The notes under the pieces are model-generated. The model ran no database searches. It was not told the DNA's origin and saw nothing but the letters and a program-made list of their open reading frames with translations. Below, piece after piece: positions 9,918 through 19,489 of a DNA stretch of 64,000 bases. Position 1 is the first letter of the stretch. The number at the start of each line of letters is the position of its first letter. The DNA comes from Tannerella sp. oral taxon 808 (GTDB lineage: Bacteria > Bacteroidota > Bacteroidia > Bacteroidales > Tannerellaceae): positions 6,727 to 70,726 of the forward strand of contig MIQB01000003.1 in NCBI GenBank assembly GCA_002890585.1, in the 5' to 3' direction. Both the position numbers and the translations under genes were made by a program.

Positions 9918-12059
9918 ATGCTCTTAATCGCATGGCTGGCAATGGGTGGATTCGTGGCCACGGCGCAGGATACGACGACGCGCCGCACGGGTGACGCGAT
10001 CAAAAACATCGCGTTAGACGAGGTAGTCGTCACGGCCACCGGCACGGAGCATACGCTGAAGAGTGTGCCTGTGCAGACGGAGATCATCTCGGGGCGCATG
10101 CTGCGTCACTTTGCCGGGAAGAACCTCGAAGACATCCTCTCCGGGCTCACCGCCTCGTTTGCCTTTAGCGACGATGACATGGGCAGCCATATGCAGATGA
10201 ATGGCCTCGGCAACGACTACATCCTCGTGCTCATCGATGGCAAGCGCATCCACGGCGATGTGGGCGGGCAAAACGACCTCTCGCTGATCGATCCGAACAA
10301 CATTGAGCGCGTGGAGATTGTCCGCGGCGCCTCCTCCGCGCTCTACGGGAGCGACGCCATCGCTGGCGTGATCAACATCATTACCAAGAAGCATAACGAG
10401 GGCATACTCTTGGAGAATACCACCCGCGTAGGCTCCTACGGCGACCTCCGCCAGCACAGCGGTATAGGCTTCAACGTGGGCCGTGTCAGCAGCTGGACCA
10501 ACTTCCAACTACAGCACTCCGACGGCTGGCAGAACACGTCCGTGGAGGATCCGAACCAGACGGAGTTCCCCATCACCGATTCGCGCAACAAGACGGTCAA
10601 CCGCCACACCAACTGGCAACTCTCCGAGCGCCTGACCTACACCCCAATGCGCGACATGGAGCTCTACACCAGCGGCAGCATCTATGGCAAACGCATCTAT
10701 CGCCCGAGCGGCAAGTACGCCGCTGTAGACGTGAAGACGTATGACTTGCAATACAGCAACGCCTCGGCCGCCCTCGGTGGCAAATGGAAACTCAACAGCA
10801 CAGACGTCCTCACCTTAGATGTGAACTGGGATCGCCACGCCTACTACTACAACTTCACAGACACCACACTCATCGACGGCTACATCAACGGGAAGTACAC
10901 GCCCTACTACCCCTACTTCCCCGGCCAAACCGATCTGCAAAGCGACCAGCAACGCACGATGGCCGCGCTGAAGGGCGTCTTCCGGTTGCCCTATGCCAAC
11001 ACGCTCAGCGCAGGCTTAGAATACCGCTACGACTGGCTCAAGGCGCCCATCCGTGTCGTCGACGGCAAGGCCTCGGATCACACGGAGGCCGTCTATGTGC
11101 AAGACGAGTTCAACCTCTTAGACCCGCTCCAGATCACGGCCGGACTGCGCCTGAACCGCAACGAAGGCTTCGGGTTCAAGCTCACCCCGAAGGTCTCCGC
11201 CATGCTCAGCCTCGGCGACTTCCGCCTGCGCACCGCATGGAGCCAAGGCTTCAAGACGCCCACGCCCAAGGAGCTGCACTACCGATACATCCGCGAGATG
11301 GCCGGCACCTACCTCTACTTAGGCAACACAGCGCTGAAGCCTCAGACCTCCGACTACTTCTCCCTCGGCGGCGAATACATCAACAGCAGCGGCCTCGCCG
11401 TCTCCGTGACCGGATACTACAACAAGGTGAACCACATGATCACCCTCGTCACCATCCCCACCACCCAGGCGCCGCCCGACCTCGTGGCCCGCTATGATCC
11501 CGTCAAGGTGCGGCAGTACAAGAACCTCGAAAACGCCAAGACCTACGGCGTAGACCTGAACCTCCGCTACTCCGTCCGCGCCTTCGTCTTCGGTGTCGGA
11601 TACAGCTACCTCCACACCGACGCCAACCTCTACGATGCCTCGCACGACCGCCTGAAGCAAGTCACCATCGACGGCACCGCTCACCATAAGGCCAACGCCT
11701 TCGTCACTTGGAACCACGACTTCAGCCCCGCCTATCGCCTCGGCCTCGGCCTCTACGGCAAGATGTCGTCCAAGCGATACTACCAGATCAATGGCGACGG
11801 CCGGGGCTACCAGATCTGGCGCCTCTCCACCACCCACGACCTCGGCCACGCGCGCCACATGACCTACCGCGTAGAGGCCGGCGTCGACAACCTTTTCAAC
11901 TATTGCGACCGTACGCCCCACGGCCTACACCTGGGCACCACCACGCCCGGACGCACCGTCTACGCCTCCCTTACCGTGCGATTCGCCCAAGGCAAGAAGG
12001 TGAAGCACGACAATACGAAGATGTCTAACACTAATAATAATGACTATGAAGAGAATTAA
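9918..12059 (+). CDS. TonB-dependent receptor, BtuB-like
   Basis: Signal peptide MLLIAWLAMGGFVATAQ and TonB box/plug motifs DEVVVTATG...VEIVRGASSALYGSDAIAGVINIITK. The start was chosen at 9918 rather than the overlapping 9777 because 9918 gives a canonical signal peptide. Confidence 0.8.
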   Translation: MLLIAWLAMGGFVATAQDTTTRRTGDAIKNIALDEVVVTATGTEHTLKSVPVQTEIISGRMLRHFAGKNLEDILSGLTASFAFSDDDMGSHMQMNGLGNDYILVLIDGKRIHGDVGGQNDLSLIDPNNIERVEIVRGASSALYGSDAIAGVINIITKKHNEGILLENTTRVGSYGDLRQHSGIGFNVGRVSSWTNFQLQHSDGWQNTSVEDPNQTEFPITDSRNKTVNRHTNWQLSERLTYTPMRDMELYTSGSIYGKRIYRPSGKYAAVDVKTYDLQYSNASAALGGKWKLNSTDVLTLDVNWDRHAYYYNFTDTTLIDGYINGKYTPYYPYFPGQTDLQSDQQRTMAALKGVFRLPYANTLSAGLEYRYDWLKAPIRVVDGKASDHTEAVYVQDEFNLLDPLQITAGLRLNRNEGFGFKLTPKVSAMLSLGDFRLRTAWSQGFKTPTPKELHYRYIREMAGTYLYLGNTALKPQTSDYFSLGGEYINSSGLAVSVTGYYNKVNHMITLVTIPTTQAPPDLVARYDPVKVRQYKNLENAKTYGVDLNLRYSVRAFVFGVGYSYLHTDANLYDASHDRLKQVTIDGTAHHKANAFVTWNHDFSPAYRLGLGLYGKMSSKRYYQINGDGRGYQIWRLSTTHDLGHARHMTYRVEAGVDNLFNYCDRTPHGLHLGTTTPGRTVYASLTVRFAQGKKVKHDNTKMSNTNNNDYEEN

Positions 12060-13143
12060 GATTTGGATGATGGCGCTTGCAGCAGCCGTCATCGCTGTAG
12101 GCTTCAACGCCTGCAACAAGAATGAAGAAGAGATCTCGAACGTGGAGCGCTACCAGCAATCGGTGGACAACACCGTGAAGTCTGGCAAGAAGCACAACAA
12201 GGTGATCCTGCTCGTCGCCTTCGGATCTACCTGGCAGCGCGCCTTCTTGGCCTTCGACAACACCGTGAAGGAGTATCAGAAAGCCTTCCCCGACTACGAC
12301 GTCTTCCTCTCCTTCTCCTCGGCCATCTGCATCAACCGTGCCGCCGCCGGTGAGCATGCCAAGGACCAAGGCGAAAACAAAGCCGAGGTGCGCCACTACT
12401 ACGCGCCCAACTTCTGGCTCGAAGCTTTCGGCCGCGTGAAGTACAGCGAGATCATCGTGCAGTCGCTCCAAGTCATCCCCGGCGAGGAGTACGGCCGCGT
12501 GATCAACTACATGAAGGACTTCGCCAACAACAGCCAAGGCGACCTTGACGACGCTTACCTCAAGAAGCTGACCCTCCGCCTCGGCCTCCCCCTCATGGCC
12601 GACGCCGACAAGGACGTAAACAACCTGGCCAAGGCGCTCGATAAGAACTACGCCAACTTCGCCAAGCAGGGCATCGTCGCCTTCATGGGCCACGGTAACC
12701 CCGACTCGTACGACATCTACAAGGCCAACATCCGCTACACCCAGCTCGAGCAGGCCTTGCAGAAGATCAACAAGAACTATTACGTCGGCACGGTCGACAT
12801 GAAGGACAACTTCAAGACCTTCGTTCGCGAGCGCATGGAGAAGGCCGGTGTCAAGAAGGGCTCCCGCGTCTATTGCACCCCGCTCATGTCCATCTCTGGC
12901 GACCATGCCCACAACGACATGGCCGGAAACGATTGCGCCAAGACACCCTTCCAACCGAACGACGAGGGCGAGGTGGAAGACACCAGCTGGAAGATGTATT
13001 TCAAGACGATGGGTTACGATTGCTCAGACCAGACGCAGATCATGACCGGACTCCTTGAGCGCGCCGACGTCCGCCAGCTATGGATGAACCACACTAAGAA
13101 TGCGGAGAAGGTGGATTATTATCACTCGAAGAACCCGGAATAA
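12040..13143 (+). CDS. CbiK-fold (class II chelatase family) lipoprotein, IhtB-like
   Basis: Lipobox ...AVGFNAC. Blocks VILLVAFGSTW...DVFLSFSS, IVQSLQVIPGEEY, VAFMGHGNPDSY and TPLMSISGDHAHNDMAGND...SWKMYF align with Salmonella CbiK as I recall it. The gene overlaps the upstream receptor by 20 nt. Confidence 0.7.
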   Translation: MTMKRIKIWMMALAAAVIAVGFNACNKNEEEISNVERYQQSVDNTVKSGKKHNKVILLVAFGSTWQRAFLAFDNTVKEYQKAFPDYDVFLSFSSAICINRAAAGEHAKDQGENKAEVRHYYAPNFWLEAFGRVKYSEIIVQSLQVIPGEEYGRVINYMKDFANNSQGDLDDAYLKKLTLRLGLPLMADADKDVNNLAKALDKNYANFAKQGIVAFMGHGNPDSYDIYKANIRYTQLEQALQKINKNYYVGTVDMKDNFKTFVRERMEKAGVKKGSRVYCTPLMSISGDHAHNDMAGNDCAKTPFQPNDEGEVEDTSWKMYFKTMGYDCSDQTQIMTGLLERADVRQLWMNHTKNAEKVDYYHSKNPE

Positions 13144-13189
13144 GCCCTTCGACTTCGTCTCGTGGGCATCTGCTGCGTTGCCGGCGACA

Positions 13190-13680
13190 CTCGGTGGTCG
13201 GGTATCTGGGGGGCGTATGCGATACGCCCCTACAAAGCCCCCTCGGATAATCATTGATCATTGACCCGATGTAGGGGCGTATTGCATACGCCCTCAAGAC
13301 GCCCCGCAAGGGGCGGACAATCATCTGATGAACGGGCACGCCTGAGGGAACGATCAATCTGGTGGCCGGGCATGGGCTGGGGTGTATGCGATACGCCTCT
13401 ACAAAGACACCCGGATAATCATTGATCATTGACCCGATGTAGGGGCGTATCGCATACGCCCTCAAGACGCCCCGTAAGGGGCGGACAATCATCTGATGAA
13501 CGGGCACGCCTGAGGAAACGGTCAATCTGGTGGTCGGGTATACGCCCTCAAGACGCCCCGCAAGGGGCGGACAATCATCTGATGAACGGGGAACGATCAA
13601 TCTGGTGGTCGGGCATGGGCTGGGGTGTATGCGGTACGCCCCTACGGAGCGCTTGATAAAGTCATGGATTGATAACCCTT
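13190..13680. repeat. Cluster of REP-like palindromic elements, family 2 (core tgtaggggcgtat(c/g)gcatacgcccctaca), at least 6 copies inside units of about 115-180 bp
   Basis: Near-perfect 19-31 bp palindromes recur with conserved flanks (...aatcatctgatgaacggg...gatcaatctggtgg...). Confidence 0.7.
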
Positions 13681-13894
13681 GATCGTTCATCTCTTCCCCC
13701 CGAAGAAGATTAAGCACACACTCTTTTCATAACTATTTCTGACTGCGGGTCGGTGAAAACCGCCCGAATTATTGACTGGCAGCCCGGCACCTGACGTGTC
13801 GGGCTGCTTTTTTGAGCGTGCTGACTGGTGAAGGTTCTCGCTGCGCCATGCAAATCCGCTCGACGGCGTCTGCTATGCGCCATTTCCAAACGTG

Positions 13895-14575
13895 AGGATG
13901 TACTCCCCGTGCCCAGGGTTTCGCCCTGGGCTATCATCCACCGGGCCTACAGCCCGGACCAGACCACCCAACACGTTGCTGTTGGATGGTCTTGCTGCAT
14001 GCGCGCTAATGCACCCATTAGCTCATGTGGGTGCCAGCCACATGGATTAGGTGGGTCGAGCCACCTAGCTTAGGTGGGTCGGCCCACATAGCTTAGGTGG
14101 GTGTCAGCCACATGGCTTAGTGGGTGTGTATGTCAGCTTGCTACCCTCGACTTTACTTAGTGGCTGAAGCACCGATCCACAGCCTGCTGCCAGTTGCGCT
14201 GATCCCCTCTGCACCCAGGGTTTCTGGGCTATGTCCACCGGGCCTACAGCCCGGATCGATGTACCTCCCCGCGGCCTGTAGGGCCGCCGGACAATAGCCC
14301 GGGGCGAAACCCCGGGTGGAAACGAAATCGCGCGGCGCGTTACCTCAGCGGCGCGAAGCGGCCTGTAGGGCCGCCGGACAATAGCCCGGGGCGAAACCCC
14401 GGGTTCCTGTGGGCGAAACCCCGGGTGGAAACGAAACCGCGCGGCGCGCGAAACCCCGGGCGGCGGACGATGTCCCCCGATCATTGATCGAATGATCACG
14501 TGGGTGTGTACTCTCCGCGCCCGGGGTTTCGCCCTGGGTTGGGAGTGTATGCGGCGAAAACCGGAGGTGCGCGGC
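13895..14575. repeat. Cluster of REP-like hairpin elements, family 1 (cccaggg-N5-ccctggg core with gctatc/gatagc and ccgggcctacagcccgg outer stems). It includes duplicated copies of the last 24 nt of the adjacent BtuF-like gene.
   Basis: Repeated 7-bp stem / 5-nt loop hairpins. gcgcggcgcg(t/c)tacctcagcggcgcgaag occurs 3 times, and one copy is the real 3' end of the CDS at 14579. Confidence 0.7.
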
Positions 14576-14578
14576 GCG

Positions 14579-15721
14579 CTACCTCAGCGGCGCGAAGTAG
14601 CGGAAGTGGTGGTCGGGCAGGAGCTCGGGGTGGATGATGGCGATCAACTCGGCGAGCAGGCGATCGGGGTGAAGGGGCACCTCCTCGTAGTAGTGCGAGT
14701 CGTGCGTGTTGCAGCCGTAGATGCGGCGGCGGGCGAAGGCGTCGAAGCGGGCGTAGGGGGTGTATTCGGCGCTGAGGGAGGCGTAGGTCATGTCCGGCGT
14801 GGCGTTGTACTGGATGAGCCAGAGGTCGGCGTGCAGGGCACGGTCGATGACGGCCTCGAAGGTGAGGGGGGTGCTGCCCGAGCCGGGCAGGTCGCGGAAG
14901 ACGTAGTCGGCGCCGGCGTCGCGATAGAGGCGGGCCATGTAGCTCTCGCCGTTGGGCACATGCCAGGCAGCGCCATACTTCTTGCCGACGATGAGCGTGG
15001 GTCGGTGTGTGACGCTGTCGGTGAGGGCGCGCACGCGGAGGTAGGCCGCCTCGGTGGCTCGGAAGAGGCTGTCGGCCGTGGCCTCGTGGCCGGTCAGTAG
15101 GCCGAGGAAGCGGATCCATTCGGCGCGCCCGAGCGGGTCGGCCTCCATGTAGTCGGCGCATTCGATGATGGGCAGGCCGATCTTTTCCGCGGGCCCGTAG
15201 CCGGCGTTTTGGAAGGGGGAGGCGAGGATGGCGTCGGCGCCGATGCGGATCATCCCTTCGACGTCGGGGGCGGTGGCCTCGCCGAGGTCGGCCACGGTGC
15301 CGTCTCGGAGTCCGCGCAGCACGGAGGCGACGTGTAGGTAGCGCGTTTCGCATACGCCGGCGATGCTGGCCGCGGCGCCTAACTCGTCGAGCAGGGCGCA
15401 GTGGACGGAGGTGTAGACCACCATGCGGCGGAGCGGTGTGCGCACGAGGGTGCCCTCGGGCATGCCTTCGGGCAGGGCGTCGGCGCTGCGGGGGACGAGC
15501 AGGTAGCGGTGCAACATGCGCCCCTCGTTCCAGGGGTCGCGCAGCTCCACCACGGTGTAGTCCGCGTGGCGCGTGATGGTGATGCCGCGGGCGTAACGCA
15601 TGGAGTCCGTCGTGGCGTCCGCGTCGGGAGCCGAGGCCATAGAAGAGCTCTGCCCCACGTTACAGCCGGACGTGAGGCAGAGGATAAACCATGCAAATAG
15701 GCAGAAGCAATTGCGTATCAC
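14579..15721 (-). CDS. ABC-type periplasmic substrate-binding lipoprotein, BtuF/FecB (TroA-like) family
   Basis: Lipobox LTSGC. The family was recognised from overall similarity and the ...PDLI/PTLIVGK... signature. It is the third gene of a riboswitch-btuB-propeller-binding-protein unit. Confidence 0.75.
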   Translation of the reverse strand: MIRNCFCLFAWFILCLTSGCNVGQSSSMASAPDADATTDSMRYARGITITRHADYTVVELRDPWNEGRMLHRYLLVPRSADALPEGMPEGTLVRTPLRRMVVYTSVHCALLDELGAAASIAGVCETRYLHVASVLRGLRDGTVADLGEATAPDVEGMIRIGADAILASPFQNAGYGPAEKIGLPIIECADYMEADPLGRAEWIRFLGLLTGHEATADSLFRATEAAYLRVRALTDSVTHRPTLIVGKKYGAAWHVPNGESYMARLYRDAGADYVFRDLPGSGSTPLTFEAVIDRALHADLWLIQYNATPDMTYASLSAEYTPYARFDAFARRRIYGCNTHDSHYYEEVPLHPDRLLAELIAIIHPELLPDHHFRYFAPLR

Positions 15722-15778
15722 AGGTCTTTTGTTGTGGGCAGGGGCGAAGTGGGTTTCGCCCCCGCCCGGAGGGATGGA

Positions 15779-16867
15779 TTAGTTGTAGAAGACGGCGTTG
15801 TTCGGGCTGACGCCACCGGAGCTGAACTTCTCGATGAACTTTCCATTGCGACCGAAGCGGTAGATGTTGCCGTTGGTCTTAAAGTCGGATGTACCGATAT
15901 AGATGTCGCCGTTGTTCGGGTTCACCTCCATCATGTAGACGCTTTCCGAGGCCAGCTCTTCGGGCATGTCGCGCAGGAAGTTGCTGCTGTTCACCATGCC
16001 TTTGCGGACGTCGTAGCTGGTGAAGGTGTTGGTCGTCTTGTAGGTCTTCCAGTCCGTATCGCCGTAGACCATGTAGATCGTGCCGCGGTATTCGCAGAAG
16101 TGGGTGGCCTTGGCGATGGTGGTGACGGCGCCGGTGGAGATGTCGACGCGCTGCACGGGGTAGGTGTAGTTCGGGTAGCTGCCGCCGTATGCCTGTATGA
16201 AGAATTGGCCTTCAGACACTAAGACCTTCTCCGGGTTCTGAGCCACCTTGATGGTGTTGGTCACGAGCAGGGAGCGTGCGTCGATAATGGTTACGGTGGA
16301 GTCCTTCCCCTGTCCGGTGTTGGCCACGCAGAGGTATCCGTTAGCGATGGCGATGCCATCGGGGTTCATGCCGACGTTGGCGTACCCCTCGATGGTGAAC
16401 GTCTCGGCGTCGACCTTGGCCACCTTGCCGCTGTAGAGTACGACATAGATCTTGCCATCGAGGGCGGCGATGTGGCGGGGCAGCCCGTCGCTCTTGCTGA
16501 ACTCGAGGCGCTTCTGCTCCACGCCGGCGGTGTTGAGCTTGAGGAGCAGGCCGGAGTTGTAGACGGAGACGTAGATGTAGTCGTTGTAGAGGATGATGTC
16601 CTGCCCGGTGTCGCCGAGGCCTTTGTCGTTTTGCGCCTTGTAGATGTCAGCTACGAAGCTGCCGTCTTTGTTCGGCGCATAGAAGGTGATTCCGGTGTTG
16701 TTATTCCGGTACGAGCCTTCGTTGAGGATGAAGACGCGAGAGGAGGGCAGGGTGAGCTTTGTGCCCTCATCGTTGGGTTTCGGGTCATCGTCTTTGCTAC
16801 ACGCGGTGAGTGCGGCCGCGATGGCCAGCATGCACCATAAACTGAGAAGATTGCTTTTGATTTTCAT
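15779..16867 (-). CDS. YncE-like beta-propeller surface lipoprotein, BtuG-like partner of the corrinoid receptor
   Basis: Lipobox LTACSKDD. Repeated propeller-like blades (GKIYVV..., GYLCVANTG..., KVLVSEGQFFIQ...). Position directly after btuB, as in Bacteroides B12 loci. Confidence 0.6.
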   Translation of the reverse strand: MKIKSNLLSLWCMLAIAAALTACSKDDDPKPNDEGTKLTLPSSRVFILNEGSYRNNNTGITFYAPNKDGSFVADIYKAQNDKGLGDTGQDIILYNDYIYVSVYNSGLLLKLNTAGVEQKRLEFSKSDGLPRHIAALDGKIYVVLYSGKVAKVDAETFTIEGYANVGMNPDGIAIANGYLCVANTGQGKDSTVTIIDARSLLVTNTIKVAQNPEKVLVSEGQFFIQAYGGSYPNYTYPVQRVDISTGAVTTIAKATHFCEYRGTIYMVYGDTDWKTYKTTNTFTSYDVRKGMVNSSNFLRDMPEELASESVYMMEVNPNNGDIYIGTSDFKTNGNIYRFGRNGKFIEKFSSGGVSPNNAVFYN

Positions 16868-16897
16868 TTCGTTTTCGTTTTAATAGGGTGAATAATC

Positions 16898-18904
16898 TCA
16901 TATACGGATAGCCACGGTGGCGCGGAAGGCGCGGCCGGGCATGGGGTAATATTTGATGATGTCGTATTGCTCGTCCGTCAGGTTGGTGCACTCGGCCTGG
17001 AGGCGCAGCTCGGCGCCGCGGCGGAGGCGAAAGGTGCGCGAGAGGGCGAGCGTATGTTCGGCGTACCCCTTGACGCGGTTCTCGGGCAGGTTCTGACTCA
17101 TATAGTAACGGTCGCTGACGGCCACAAGTGTGTAGGCGGCATCCACCCACGGTGTGCTGACGGCCACGGAGCCGCTTCCGGAGTGGCGCGGCGTGTAGGG
17201 TATTTGCTCGCGGTAGTTCTTTGCCTTGGCGTCGGTCACATCAATGGCGCGCTGGTAGGTGTAGCTCGCATTCAGGCCCAGGTGCACGCCGGCGGTGAGG
17301 GCGATGCCGGTGCCCACAGAGGCGTCGAGCCCCGTGATGCGCACGCGCCCGAAGTTGGCCATCTTCCACACGTAGGTGGAGGGGAAGGCGACGATCTTGT
17401 CGCGCACCTCGTTGTAGTAGCCGTCGACGGTGAGGGTGATGGGATCGAAGCTGCCGGGCGCGATGCTCCACGTCAGACCCATGTTGTACTCGTCGGCCAG
17501 CTCGGGGCGGAGGCCGGTGTTTCCGAGGCGGAGATAATAGAGGTCGTTGAAGGTGGGCGTGCGGAAGGTCTTCTTGTAGAGCGCGCGCACGTTCAGGTCG
17601 AGGGTGGGGAAGGGGCGGCAGGTGAGGGAGAGCGAGGGTGTGATGCGTCGGCGGTCGTCGGGTCGGTCGCCGTTTTGGACATGCTCGGTGATGTAGGTGG
17701 CGAGCAGGGTGCCGGCGGCTGTGACGGGGCCGAGGCGGTAGCGTGCGCGCAGGGCGGTGAGCGAGGTGAGGCGCACGGGGGCGGGGTTGTGGTTGATGTT
17801 GTTGTGGAGCGTGTTCACAGCGCCGTCTTCGGCGAGCGAGAGCGTCAATGCGTCGGTCGGGCGGAAGCGGGCTGCGACGGAGGCGTAGTATTCGTTCTGG
17901 GTGTTGAGGTCCGTTTGGCGGCCGCCTTCGTATTTCGGATCCGTGTCCTCATACTTATTCCATGAGTAATTGTATTTCACCTGCGCCTGCATCGTCCAGC
18001 GGTCGCTGAGGCGGCGGCGATAAGCCGCTTGCAGGAAGGCGTTCACGTCCCAGAGCCGTTCGTCGTTGCCCGTGCGGTAGAGAATGACGCTGCCCGGCAG
18101 ACCGCGTTCGGAGCGGAAGGCGTAGGCCTTCACGTTGAGGTCGCTGCGGTCGTCGGTGCGATAGAGATTGGCCTCGGAATGCCAGGAGAGGATGTCGGAG
18201 TTATAGCGCTTCTCGCGGGTGCGTTCTCTGCCGTTGACGAGGGTGAAAGGGTAGACGCCGTCGGCGCGGAGCAGGTTGCCATCGAGGGAGAGTGTGGTGC
18301 GTTCGGAGGTGCGGGCAGCCACACGCACATAGGGGTTTACCATGCCGAACGACCCGGTGCGGAGGTGGGCTTGCAGGCTGTAACGCCGATCGGCCGTGAA
18401 GTGTGGCACTTCGGTGCGGATGCTCAGCACAGCAGCCGATGCGGCCATGCGGGCGGACTGTAGCAAGTCTTCCTCCTGCCCGACGGAGAGCGTGAGCAGC
18501 GCCACATTGTCGAGCGAGAGGCGCCCGATGTCGATCTGTCCGGCTTGGCAGTTGCTGACGGCCACGCCGTCGTAGCCGATGGCGGTGTGGTGTGCACCGA
18601 GGCTGCGGACGGAGACGGTCTTCATGCCGCCGATGCCGCCGTAGTCGCGCACGGTGGTGCCGGCAAAGCGTCGTACGGCGTCGGCCATGTTTTGCAGCCC
18701 GAGTGTACGTATGGCCTCGCCGCTGACCACTTGCACGGGCACGGTGGCTGTCAGCCGGCGCGGTGTCTGTGCAGCCGTGACCGTCACCTCGTCGATGCGT
18801 CGCTCGAGTGTCGTGTCGCGATCTTGCGCGGCCGCTCCGAGGGCGACGCACAGCGCGCAGAGGAGGAGGACGGCGCCTCTGATTTTCTTATGTGTGATAT
18901 ACAT
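16898..18904 (-). CDS. btuB: TonB-dependent receptor, BtuB-like (riboswitch-controlled)
   Basis: Signal peptide, plug motifs DEVTVTAA...VRDYGGIGGMKTVSVRSLGAHHTAIGYDGVAV, and a barrel ending ...ATVAIRI. A cobalamin riboswitch precedes it on the same strand. Confidence 0.85.
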   Translation of the reverse strand: MYITHKKIRGAVLLLCALCVALGAAAQDRDTTLERRIDEVTVTAAQTPRRLTATVPVQVVSGEAIRTLGLQNMADAVRRFAGTTVRDYGGIGGMKTVSVRSLGAHHTAIGYDGVAVSNCQAGQIDIGRLSLDNVALLTLSVGQEEDLLQSARMAASAAVLSIRTEVPHFTADRRYSLQAHLRTGSFGMVNPYVRVAARTSERTTLSLDGNLLRADGVYPFTLVNGRERTREKRYNSDILSWHSEANLYRTDDRSDLNVKAYAFRSERGLPGSVILYRTGNDERLWDVNAFLQAAYRRRLSDRWTMQAQVKYNYSWNKYEDTDPKYEGGRQTDLNTQNEYYASVAARFRPTDALTLSLAEDGAVNTLHNNINHNPAPVRLTSLTALRARYRLGPVTAAGTLLATYITEHVQNGDRPDDRRRITPSLSLTCRPFPTLDLNVRALYKKTFRTPTFNDLYYLRLGNTGLRPELADEYNMGLTWSIAPGSFDPITLTVDGYYNEVRDKIVAFPSTYVWKMANFGRVRITGLDASVGTGIALTAGVHLGLNASYTYQRAIDVTDAKAKNYREQIPYTPRHSGSGSVAVSTPWVDAAYTLVAVSDRYYMSQNLPENRVKGYAEHTLALSRTFRLRRGAELRLQAECTNLTDEQYDIIKYYPMPGRAFRATVAIRI

Positions 18905-18934
18905 CTTGTGATCATCATCCCCCCGGTGTCTTCA

Positions 18935-19125
18935 ACCCGAGACGATCTGCGGGGAGGGTAGTCTTGTCGATTGCGGCAGGTTTTCCGGCTCATTCCTCCG
19001 TTGGCCGCCTTCCCAGTTCAGATGAACCAGTGGCGCGTGTGGCCAAGGATGTAGAACTTACGGCTACGGGTATAGCTCCGGCCTTCCACCGGATTCCCTT
19101 TTCATAGTCGGGGGGGCGATCGCCC
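18935..19125 (-). ncRNA. Cobalamin riboswitch (minus strand)
   Basis: The reverse complement reads gaaaagggaatccggtggaaggccggagc...gccacacgcgccactgg...ctgggaaggcggcc, the same conserved core as the element at 7295..7525. It lies in the 5' leader of btuB. Confidence 0.65.
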
Positions 19126-19464
19126 CGCGGCTACACCGAAATCGCGGGGCCAAAAGTAGAAATGCGGTTGGAATGGCCTTCCCACCTGTGCAGAGGCGGG
19201 GATTGGGATGGGGAAGGGGTAGGAATAGATTGCGAATAAGTGGGGGTATCCAATGCGCCCTGAAGGGGCAGATCAACCCAGCCCAGGGTAACGCCCTGGG
19301 TTGCGGGCGCACTGGTACACTTCCAATTTTCGCAGTGCCAAACACACGTGTATTTGACTCAAACGGCTTTTCACTACATGTAGTGATTGCCCCGGAGTCT
19401 CCCTTGAGCGTCCTTTGCCCCCGACGAAAAACGGGCGACAACGAACCTGTCTCGCCGCCGCTCT

Positions 19465-19473
19465 CCCCCCCCC
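19465..19473. repeat. Homopolymeric C9 tract 17 nt upstream of the start codon of the TonB-dependent receptor at 19490
   Basis: Counted directly: ctct-ccccccccc-tgtatacacgtattaagtgagaATG. Confidence 0.9.
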
Positions 19474-19489
19474 TGTATACACGTATTAA

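Noticed and set aside
14496..15353. 285-aa Arg/Pro-rich minus-strand ORF, plus others overlapping the BtuF-like gene
   Set aside because: It is an out-of-frame shadow of the real substrate-binding-protein gene. It has extreme composition and no start context.
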